Positions 1 to 17,181 of a DNA stretch of 64,000 nucleotides are shown one piece after another. Position 1 is the stretch's first letter. Each line of letters starts with the position of its first letter. The notes under the pieces are model-generated. The model had not been told where the DNA came from. It worked only from the letters and a program-made list of their open reading frames with translations, and did no database searches. The DNA is from Antedon mediterranea (taxonomy: Eukaryota; Animalia; Echinodermata), in contig NC_092680.1 in NCBI RefSeq assembly GCF_964355755.1, positions 17,989,045-18,053,044 on the forward strand, given 5' to 3'. A program made the position numbers and the translations under genes.

Positions 1-176
1 TCCCAATACCAGACACCTTTGGGGTGGCTCAATATGTCTGGTTTTTTGGAAAGTCTGGTATTAAGAATGTGTTTTTAATGGTAAAAATGAATTTGGGACA
101 GTTTGGACTTTGAGAAAGTTCTGGTATTGGGAGTGTTTGTGGTTTTCAAAGAGTCCAGTATTGGGAGAGTTGACTG
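1..176. mobile_element. Tc1/mariner-type MITE, left end outside window
   Basis: Ends GTATTGGGAGAGTTGACTG|TA; window starts with the inverted counterpart TCCCAATAC; repeated CTGGTATTGGGAG motifs inside. Confidence 0.6.
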
Positions 177-332
177 TATCTGATTTCCCTATGTTTACTA
201 GCCCACAAGCTGGCTCACATCGGCATATTCTAGGAAAAGGCACAGATCTAATGTTCTGAATACATTGTCTCTAAATCGTAGTATAGTAATTGTTGAAGAC
301 TATTGATTACGTTTACATTTATATGTTTATAG

Positions 333-6900
<6,568 letters not shown>

Positions 6901-6977
6901 CCTGGTATTTTCATTGAAAGATTGAATAGTATGATAATGATGATGATATTAAAAGAGTTTTATTTATGCTAAGAAAG

Positions 6978-7480
6978 GATCAAGTCAGTTTTTTGATGTG
7001 ACCCAAAAATGATCAAATAACGTGATCAACTGATCATGATCAAGTCAGTTATTTTATGCGCCTGTAACATCAAATAATGTGATCCACTGATCATGATCAA
7101 GCCAGTTATTTTATGTGACCCTAAACTGATCTAATAACGTGATCCACTGATCATGATCAAGCTAGTTATTTTATGTGACCCTAAAATGATCTAATAACGT
7201 GATCCACTGATCATGATCAAGCCAGTTATTTTATGTGACCCTAAACTGATCTAATAACGTGATCTACTGATCATGATCAAGCCAGGGTATTTTATGTGAT
7301 TCTAAAAGGATCAAATAATGTGATCCACTGATCATGATCAAGCTAGTTATTTTATGTAACCCTAAAATGATCTAATAATGTGATCAACTGATCATGATCA
7401 AGTCAATTATTTTATGTGATCCTAAAATTATCTAATAACGGGATCAGCTGAGCATGATCAAGCCAGTTATTTTATGTCAC
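6978..7480 (+). repeat. 60-bp tandem repeat (~8 units) in the LONP1 3' UTR region
   Basis: Unit GATCCACTGATCATGATCAAGCCAGTTATTTTATGTGACCCTAAAATGATCTAATAACGT recurs at 7081, 7141, 7201, 7261, etc.; AATAAA downstream at 7718. Confidence 0.92.
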
Positions 7481-7774
7481 AACGTAATCTAGTGGAGTAT
7501 GTTGTAGATTAACCCAGTTTAACATGATTAATGAATTTAAAAGATAGAATCAACTAATCAGCATTTCATCGCATTTCTTTCTTCCAGTTTCTCTTTATCA
7601 GGCTAAATTTGGTTAGGAATATAATTAGTTTAACTGTGGAGGAAAATGATAATTAAGATATAATCGATTTGTAAATATATTTGTGGGGAAATAAGAGATT
7701 TCTTGTAGCCAAACTAAAATAAAAATATGTTGGCACACATGGCGTATCATATATGTATTGGAATGGAAAGTTAA

Positions 7775-8020
7775 ATAATATTATCCTGGATTTATATAGT
7801 GCCTAATGTTGTGAAACCTCTAAGCGCTGAACATTATTACTCCGGTCATTTTTTTTTTATCAAACACGTATGGAAACATACAGTACTCCCATAATGCAGC
7901 TAGTAGTCAACGCAAGTAAAGTGTCTTGCCTAAGGTTACAAGCAATGCGGCGAGAGTTGGATTCGAACCATGATCTCACGATCAGTAGTCCAACGTCCAA
8001 CACACTGTACCACACACCCT
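7775..8020 (-). mobile_element. tRNA-derived SINE, internally deleted copy
   Basis: Matches the 2815-3122 family (GAGAGTTGGATTCGAACC, CTCCCATAATGCAGCTAG). Confidence 0.75.
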
Positions 8021-8659
8021 TACAAAGTTACTGTAACATAATATAAAAATAAACAATGGCTAGACTTGGGACAAGTCTAGGTGGTCCTATACATTAGTAT
8101 TTTAAATTTTTAATATGCAAAATAGCTTGCCGCCGTATTAGCTCCACCAACAATAAGAGTTATTTTAATGTAATTTTGTCATTTTCATACAATCACAAGC
8201 ACATTTGTTCTGAGATATCTCTGAACCATTACTCAAATAAAAAAAAAGTATTTACTGAATAAAGACGTTTACATTCAACGGGAAATTTCGTTTTTAATGT
8301 GTATTTCGGGCCGCGGATTTAGCCAGCTATATTCCCAGAGGACTACTCATTCAGAAGCTATATCAAGCGGACGCTGTAGTTCTAAAGACTGACAGGTTTG
8401 GGAGAAGAGAATCTATGTAAACATTTGCTGATAATAATATAATACAATATAATATAATATGGATGATATTTCCGAAATAAAAATAAATTGAATACAGTAT
8501 TATTGAGATGCATGTAGACAGTAAACTGTAATTTGTTCTTACTGTCAACCTAGGCCGGTATTATAATAATTCACTTTCAAATCAGTCAAATCAAAACTTT
8601 AATTTGGCTGTCAGCCTAATAGGACGGTATTTACAATAGGCAATAGGCAAATTTGTATT

Positions 8660-9285
8660 CTCCGCCCTGCATTCCACTTCTCCAAATCATTTAAGCAATA
8701 TGTTTATTTCCAATTTTTCTATTCACAATTACCCTACATGTTCTAGAACAAATATACACATACCTATCCACAACACCAATTATTTTCAAAACAGTATTAG
8801 ATACTCCGGTCCATCAATGATGAACAGTTTACCACCCCCAATTACAAATGCTGTTTCAATTTCTTTATTTTCCAAAGAATTAAAACAACACCTAACTACT
8901 AAAAAGACAACGATCGAATGTCGCAATTTGATTTATGCTGCTGAACATTGATCTAATGTGGTTTTTGAGTTTTATTTTCTGATTCTACAATTTCATTGAT
9001 CTATTTTTTCCCCTGTGTGTGCGGTTTTTTTTTTGTCATGCTTGTTTCTCTTAATTTCCACTCTTATACAATATTTATTATATTTGCATAGGCATACCCA
9101 GCACAAGATTTCCACATCTTCTCGGGATTATGCCTTCCTCCATGGCCAATTTTCTAAAATTATCTTTTCTTTTGTATATCCAACAATCATCTTAATCATT
9201 ATTACTTTACCATTATCATTTCTGTATTTCATTTTGTATTGTATTGCTATGTAGGAAAATAAATGTCTTTTGAATTGAATTGAAA
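8660..9285 (+). mobile_element. LINE (CR1/L2/Crack group) 3' fragment
   Basis: Decayed ORF2 C-terminus HNYPT...SIRYSGPSMMNSLP..I.NA.S...F.K.LK.HL, then a T-rich UTR and (TTGAA)n tail. Confidence 0.7.
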
Positions 9286-9857
9286 TAATGAGAGGCATGA
9301 TCATTCCTGATGATGATCAAATCAAGATCGAATAGTTGAATCATGGCTTGCCTATCGTTATTTGGAGTCAGTTTTATGCTATTGCAACTATTTGTTGTAT
9401 TTTATTTTGATACATTCATAGGCCCATTAAATCTTCGTCAATTTTATTACTTATTCATAGTACGTTGATCTACTATATTTTGGAGCCGTGTATTTAATTG
9501 ATATTTATAAATTTCAAGAAGAAAAGAAAGGGAACTTTACCCGTATTAGAATCGTGCTTTACTGACTAAATACGTGACTATATAAGTGTTCGCATATGAA
9601 CATACTGTACTTTAGTTAGTACCTATTGATGTATTTGTTTTTTTTATTTCGTTTATATAGGCATTGCGAGACAAGAAATTTCTATTAATGAGATTATTGA
9701 ACTGTTTCATTATATCTTAGGCCTATATTTTGTATATTTTTTTGGTTTTGTTTACCATTGTACAGACCTATTGATAGAAATTAATCAAATGCACGACATT
9801 TGTATTTTTATTTTGAAGAATACAATGTTGATTGATCGGAATCGTACAGTATACTAA

Positions 9858-10061
9858 AGCCTGTTTTCCTGTCGACGTTATCCGACGCTATCGTTAACAA
9901 TAATCGGCGATCTTCTACGTAAACATTGAAATGTTAACGATTTACAGGAAAAGGTAATCGCTATCGTTATCATTTCAACTTGATCGTTTTCAAACGATCG
10001 TCGTTAAACTTTTAACGATCAACGACGATAGCGTCTACTAATGTCGACAGGAAAACAGGCT
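9858..10061. mobile_element. Harbinger-type MITE
   Basis: TIR AGCCTGTTTTCCTGTCGAC / GTCGACAGGAAAACAGGCT; TAA target duplication. Confidence 0.85.
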
Positions 10062-10125
10062 TAATTTGACAACGTCGTATGCCATAACCAACATTTATGG
10101 ATGGATAGGCCTACCTTACACTTAA

Positions 10126-11143
10126 AGGAAAGGAACACCCTAATATCTTACCTAACTATTATAAAAGTAACCCTACCAACTTAATATTCAGCACAATTTA
10201 TGTTTAAATCGGATTTGTAGTTTTCTAGTAAACAGGATTTTAAAGCGGTTTTCAAGACATTTGAAAATCGCCATCTTGTGCTCATGGCAGCCTGTTTGTG
10301 ACGTCAGATACGGCCGACGAAAATTTTAAGATTCGCGGTTGCATTCGGCGCTTCTATTGGCTAAGCGAATCCGCTAATATGATTGGCTAATAACGCGACA
10401 TGCGGTCATGCAGGACGGCGATGACACGGTATGAGCATGCGCTGACTTGGTAAACAAACCTTCGATCGATCTTTTCTTCTGCAAGCGAATTCGTAAATCT
10501 TTCAGCTATTGTTAATCTATTGTTACTTTTATTGCCTAGCTGTTTCAAACGGGGTTTGGTAGGGGAATTAACTGGCAAACCTTCCAAACGGAGGCTGTTG
10601 GTTGACGATGCAGTGTCTACTTTATTTTCGTTCAACACGAGTTCTAGGCCTAGGCCTAGTAAGGCATACAGTACAGATACACTGGCCGAAAGAACACCAT
10701 TCTTCGACGGCTTGTTATGCTCGAGAATGTTCTTCTTCTCTTCTTTTTTACTCATCACCACGACGCAAAACTAACTCTCTTTCTGTATATTCTGGTTCCA
10801 AATTTTCTGAATTATAAAAACTCCAAGCCATATTCCGAAAATATTAGGTATGTTAGGCTATTTATTTGATTTTATTTATGGTTATATCCCGCACTTCCAT
10901 ATTGAAATACTGTACTATGAGGATGGACGCTTGGATTTGCTTGAATGCGTCCACCTAATCTGACGTCACATAATTGCTCTTAACCGGTCAAAATGGCGCT
11001 GTTCAATTTCCGATATGTTGTCGTTTAAAAGTCTATTTTTTAACTAAATTGCTTACTATTGTACCTTGAACCATTGTAATCATGTTTTTATTACATTTAT
11101 CTATAAGCACAGTGGCACATTTAGCCCAGGGTGTTCCTTTCCT
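10126..11143 (+). mobile_element. Non-autonomous Kolobok-like DNA transposon with THAP-domain remnant
   Basis: Perfect 16-bp TIR AGGAAAGGAACACCCT / AGGGTGTTCCTTTCCT with TTAA on both sides; internal frame SCFKRGLVGELTGKPSKRRLLVDDAVSTLF resembles the THAP C-terminal AVPTIF box. Confidence 0.75.
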
Positions 11144-11146
11144 TTA

Positions 11147-11307
11147 AGCGTGGTTCCCACTAGCGACGCAACACAAGTGAATTGACCAATCACAAGCGAT
11201 GGCTTATTCGCTTGTGATTGCTAACTGTCTATAACTTCGCTTGTCATTGGTAAAAACGCTTGCGTTGCGTTTACGTCCTATTACGTTCTAGTAGTGGAAA
11301 CCAAGCT
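11147..11307. mobile_element. Harbinger-type MITE
   Basis: AGCGTGGTTCCCACTAG ... TAGTGGAAACCAAGCT; near-identical body to 48821-48998. Confidence 0.75.
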
Positions 11308-11829
11308 TACCGCCCGGAAGAACACAATTATTTTGGGCTACGCACTTTTTAGGCACTGGTCCTGATGGGCCACTGGTTATACTCGCATAAAATCTATTCT
11401 TAGATTATAGGCCTACTGTATTTTCTGAAATTACATACGATACGCCATGCGTGTCATAGAAGTCTTACTTTCTATTTCATTCAACAATTTAATGATTTTG
11501 CTGTTGAAAAGTGAGGGGGACAACCCCCCACTAAAAAAATGGGGGACAAGTCCCTCCGTTCCTCCAGGATCTGCGCCGGTGGGTGTATCACTACCATATT
11601 TGGGCGCATCACACGTTTTTCTTATCAAACTAGTTTGATAGTGTAGACAGAGCTTTATTTGTAAACCAAAAGGATAAATAAATTCGTCATTTCGGGAATA
11701 GATTTCCGATATAATCAACCTAGAAAATAAGTAGCACTGACTCATCGTGATAATACTTGAAAAGATTAATTATAATAAGGTTTTTAAGAAATAGAGTTTT
11801 TATCGATTTAATTATGTTTATATATCCGT

Positions 11830-12038
11830 TGTAGTTGGATAGCCGAGTGGTTAGGACACTTGACTGTCATACAGATAGACCCGGGTTCAATTCCCGACAA
11901 TTCCCAGTCCACTCAGCCTGGTTGGAAATACTAGGGAGAAAAAAGGCGGCGTGGAAAGGAACTGGCCACCCTACCACATTATGCCGAGGCTTAGTACAAT
12001 GAGTTCATTCCCCTACGTTCAGAATGAATACGGGACTC
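11830..12038 (+). mobile_element. tRNA-derived SINE with 12-bp target site duplication
   Basis: Box A TAGCCGAGTGG, box B GGTTCAATTCC; direct repeat TTATATATCCGT at 11818-11829 and 12039-12050. Confidence 0.85.
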
Positions 12039-13454
12039 TTATATATCCGTAACAAAGATTAGAAATTGAAACTGACAGAATAATAAATAGGTATAACGTG
12101 ACGTCATGTTATGATTCAATAGGACTACTTCCACATTAAAATAACCTTTTTTTAATCAGAAATTGAAGAAAAAATAATTTTGTTAAGTTTTAATGTAAAA
12201 TAATAGTTATCCACTTTTGACTAAAAATTGGATCGAAAACAAATTTATTTACCTGAAAAAACTGCAATTTAACGCAAGAAATAGTAAAATTGGCGGCCAG
12301 CCAATAGGTTTTTAGTTGAATTTAACCATTTATTTTGTCATTTTATAAGTGAAAACATTATTTTTTTTCTGTTTTTTTTTTCTACGGAAGTGATTAACTT
12401 TATTAAAACTACAAAATGACCTATTTAAAGTCGGATTTAATTATTCTTCATTGTTCATGTTTTTGGGGGACAATACATTTTAAAGTATGTCCATAAAATT
12501 CAAAATTAAACAAATATTGATAACAATGTCAGTATATTCATTCCTTTTAAATGTATATAACGAATAATTATATTAATGAGATATTTGAGTTGAAACACTG
12601 TATATTTAACGAATACAACCTATTTATTTTTATCCACCTATTGTAAAGTACCGTAATCTTTAATCCAATTTCGTTGCTTCCATATTTGGTAAATATAGGC
12701 CTAGGCCTGATTAGAACTATTGTGTTCTTTTCTATTTTTTTTTTTATATAGTTGTTTCATTGCAGGACCCTATTGAAAAACAGAAATTTTGTGATCTTTT
12801 CTTTTCTTAATTATGTTATCCTGCCTAAATATGTTTTAATAAATAAATAAAGAACAAATTATAAGAAACCTGTTTACGTTTTATAAATTTATACCATGGC
12901 ATTAATTTATATATGTTTAGTATATTATATTAGTACCTCTATCTATTCAATTAAATAAAAACAAATTTAACCTCTTGTTTAAGAGGGTTAAGGAATATTA
13001 GTTGTAATTTTAAAAAAGACATACGAAAGGTGTCTTCTTAAGGAGATAAGATATTAAAATACATATAAATGTCTTTAAAATACATCTAGAATACATTTAA
13101 AATACCTAAAACATACGCCTATTACACAAAATACTGAACTAAAAAGGTCTCTTGAATTTCGAATTAAAAATTTAAATTGCTTTTAATAAAAACAATAATT
13201 TGATATTGATAATTACTCCACAGATTTCAGACTAATTCGGAAAAGATGAATTGATTCCAGAATCAGAAGCATGTACATCTTAGCTTCTGGATCTGCTGGT
13301 ATTTTATGTCTGTTCTCTATACGTACCTCTGAATAATAAATAAATAGAAAAATTAATATAGTCGATGACGTTTTCTGTTTTTATTTGTTTTTTAAATTTT
13401 TTTTTAAAATAATAGATATTAGAATTTAGTACCATATTTCCTCCCTGCTTTGAT

Positions 13455-15303
13455 TTAGTGATGTTTGTTGACTTTTTCCATTTCAATGTGGCACACCGTG
13501 TCATCCACATAAAACCCATTGCAGCCGTAGTCTCTCAGGCAGCGTATAGCACATCTCAAATATACAGGCATTTCGGAATGTACTTTCTTATCACCAACAA
13601 TGTAAAATTCCGAAGTAACTGAATTAAAAGAAAATAGACAGTATTAATTAAGTATAAAAGACATGATATTAATAGACTTGCCCCAAGTCTGTAGTTATTT
13701 CGAGGATTTTTTATTTTAGTCGGAAAAACAAGCTCAAGTAGGCTAGTATACGTTTGAAATGCCATATATGCCAAATTATTTGATCTTTTTACTAATATTG
13801 AAGTCATAATTCCGTCGGGAAACCAGACTAGATTAGTAATTATACTGATTACATTTTATATTAAGAGTAGCTACAGTAGGCTACCGTAGATAACAACAAA
13901 CGTCGTCGTGTGGACTCTAAAGAGAAATTGAAGAAAAACAAAATGCTCTCCGCCGCTAAAAACGATTTATTCCAACATTGGCCGGCTAAAAATTGAATAT
14001 AAATTGGAAAACGAACTGCAAAAAGCTGTTAAAAATATAAAGGTCAATTTACACAGATGAGCGGTAGTGGTAAATCGGAAAACCGCGTAGCTTGTCTCAC
14101 AAAATCTGTACCTATGCTGAGCGGAATCCGCTCTGTAAATCATGGCCATAAGAAATAACATTCTGTACTTTTACCGTTACCGCACATCTGTGTAAATTGG
14201 CCTTAAGGACTTAGAGTCGACTTAACCGAAGCTCAAGAGGGTTGGTGCCCAGCTATTAAGCAAACGCCACGGTATACTAGAAAAAAATGGCTTTACCTCG
14301 TTTACAAATTAGGTATGACGACCACAGTTTATCATGGTACGTGCTGTCTTTCAAGTATCCATCATCCATTCTACATCCGGCCGATTCGGTGTTATTGATT
14401 TCTGGCCGATTTGTATGCCATTTAATAACGTCTGAATCCAGATGTTCTCCTGTCTCCCATATCCAATTTGAGTCAACATCTCTGTCCAAACCTGCTTCCC
14501 TTGAAAGACCAACCACGAAGTTCATATTCGGATAGTGTGTACTCATGAAGTCGTTGACGGCTGCAGCCTCATCCGCAGTCGTCAAACTAACCAGAAGTTC
14601 ACCGTGAGATTCACAGAACTCTCTTGCATCTCTTCTTGTTTCAAAATTATTGTGAACCGCGTTCACGATAGTATATCGTGAGCCACTGTATTTAAATACA
14701 GAATCACCTTGAATTGGTAAAAAAAACCATTTACAATAATTATTTGAACATTATACGACATTCAGTGTAACAAGAGCTCAGACAGTCAATAGTACCTCTC
14801 AATTTTAATTTTTAATCCCGTTCGAGTAGGCCTAAATTGTAGAAGCGAAGAAAAATCTAAATTGTGCGATGAAATAGTTTCCGCCTCTGCTTAAAAGTGG
14901 TAGGCCTAAAACATATGCACTGATTAGACAAGGAGAACAAACTGTTCTTGTTACATGAAAAATGATGCTATTTAGCTTGTCCAAATTTCAATTTGAAACT
15001 AGGGGAAAAAAAAAACAGAAAATGGACATGCCATTTTAGGCCTAATAGTATTTTACAAAAAGAATAAATGTGTATGGGTTCGATTCGGAAAATAATTAAA
15101 TAATGTGAAAGATGAAAAACAACCGTTATGAGCTTTAAAATACTATCCACGTTACCGCTTGATAGTACATGTCTATCAAACACCACGTGACCCACATTCG
15201 TCAAATAACAAGAATCTATTTGTGTTATAATAAATAATATCTTACCAAAGTTTCCATATATGTATACATTAAGTATACAGAAGCATAATACTCTTAGCAG
15301 CAT
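13455..15303 (-). CDS. Secreted C-type lectin domain + PAN/Apple-like protein, gene 1
   Basis: Exons 15303-15246 (MLLRVLCFCILNVYIYGNF, signal-like), 14707-14297 (CTLD: AREFCES..LVSL..E...VGL..WIWETG..W...P..ICKR) and 13618-13455 (LRCAIRCLRDYGCNGFYVDDTVC, TAA). GT-AG phase-1 junctions, open frame; TATA-like element ~15355. Confidence 0.85.
14041..14203. mobile_element. Harbinger-type MITE in intron of lectin gene 1
   Basis: AGGTCAATTTACACAGATG / CATCTGTGTAAATTGGCCT with TAA duplication. Confidence 0.8.
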
Positions 15304-16130
15304 GTTGATGTACTGGTGCTGTTGTTAATTACAACGTAGAATACGATGCAACGGTTTTATATACAGAATATAAACCAGGGTGTGAAGGTTGGATCAAATG
15401 TAATTCAATACGTGTTGTTATTGTGTAGAAAGACAGAAAGACAAATTGCAGTCCTTGTTGACATATTCATTTGTAAACCAAACAAAAGTATAATTAAGCC
15501 ATTCAGACAATTATATTTTTAGTATAGATTTCCTATATAATAAACCGATATATATATATATATAGTAAACAAAATACTCACAAAGACATCATTAGAAAAA
15601 AATAATTAAAATAAGACTTTTTTATGAAATATGGGATTGTTATCGATTTAATTAGGCCTATATTATTATACCCGTAACAAGTAGAAGTACACATTGAAAA
15701 CGAAAGAACACGTCTACAACAACCCACTCCACGACGTCGTTTCTAAGACATTAATTAATATTATTTTTCGTACAAAATGAGGAATCCAATTATACATATA
15801 TAAAACATTGTATCTATGCATAGAAATGGAAATATTGATTTAATTCAACTCAAGATTATTTTTCAGGAAATGTCAATGAAAAACTTCTTTAAAATAATAA
15901 CTGACAGTTCCAAGCACAAACAGAATGTGTTTGTGTGGAATATGCAAATAAGCCAGTAATATCGTAAAATAAAATGTACAAAATGTTATGCGCAGTATGA
16001 TTGCTCTAGTGACATGTATGCGTCGATGATTGACAAAGAAAATATGTTGCTGAACAATCTGTTTTTTATTCAAAATCGGATCACGAAAGGTTAATTAATA
16101 CATGAATTATTTAAATTGCTAAAACTAAAA

Positions 16131-16713
16131 GTTGTGACGGACGATTCCATAAATGTTGGAGGCAATTCGGACTATTCCGGATTCTGGACAACTTGTATTT
16201 TAGTCCTTAGGCCGTACGTCTAAACTAAAAAACTGATTTTTACCAAATTTAAACCACAAATAGATATGTGATCACGGACGATCCATTAAATGTTGGAGGC
16301 AATCCGGACTATTCCGGATTCTGGACAACTTGTATTTTAGTCCTTAGGCCGTACGTCTAAACTAAAAAACTGATTTTTACCAAATTTAAACCACAGATAG
16401 ATATGTGGTCACGGACGATCCATTAAATGTTGGAGGCAATCCGGACCAGGATTCCAATTCTGGACAATTTGTATTTAGTACTTAGGCCGTACGTCAAAAC
16501 TAAACGATTTTTACCACATTTAAAAAACAGATAGATATGTGTATGTAACGGAATATTCCATTTAATTTTGGAGGCAATCCGGGCCAGGATCTTAATTCTG
16601 GAACACTTTATTATTTCACTAATTTTAGGCCATAACGTCAAAACTACAATACGGATTTAATAATGATTCTTGATCCATTTTCTATTTTACTCCTGGCGGA
16701 GTTTGCTCTTGTT
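16131..16713 (+). mobile_element. 5'-truncated Helentron-associated (HINE/DINE-1-like) element with four 137-bp repeats
   Basis: TTGGAGGCAAT repeats at ~16155, 16293, 16430, 16568; same 3' end CCTGGCGGAGTTTGCTCTTGTT as the other copies. Confidence 0.65.
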
Positions 16714-17181
16714 TGAATATTATTTGTTCATTGTTCTGGAATATCTCTTTAAACATTACCGGTTCTACTCTATAGACAACTTAACTACAAAACAGACTAA
16801 ACAAGTTCTTATTTATTTTATTTTCCTGAATGCATGAGCACTAATTTTCAAGATTATATTTTATAACCCACTAATAAAAATTTAGGCTAATTAAAAAAAA
16901 AAAATTATATTTAACTGTAAATCACAACCATTTGTATACATCTGTCTGTTTTTACTGTTCACCTTTATGACGACATTTATAATTATTAAAAGATTCAAAG
17001 TTCAAAGTCATAATGAATTACTATAATTTGATTACACTAAGAGGAGTGAAACAAATATCAAAGCTTGTGATAATAGTTCTATTGCATTATTAAATAACAA
17101 TAAAGCAAAATCATTTTCACTGCTGTTTCCCATCGAGAGGCAGCCCATAAAGCTGAAAGAGAAAAGCAGAACAACACGATT

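Noticed and set aside
6978-7480. C/D-box-like words in the 60-bp repeat
   Set aside because: No full RTGATGA box with terminal stem or guide; words arise from TGATCA palindromes.
11830-11905. Possible tRNA-Asp gene
   Set aside because: Poor acceptor and anticodon stems; continues into a SINE body and is flanked by a 12-bp TSD.
14955-14998. Possible extra exon in intron 1 of lectin gene 1 (strong acceptor at ~15000)
   Set aside because: In the required phase it gives an immediate TGA stop.
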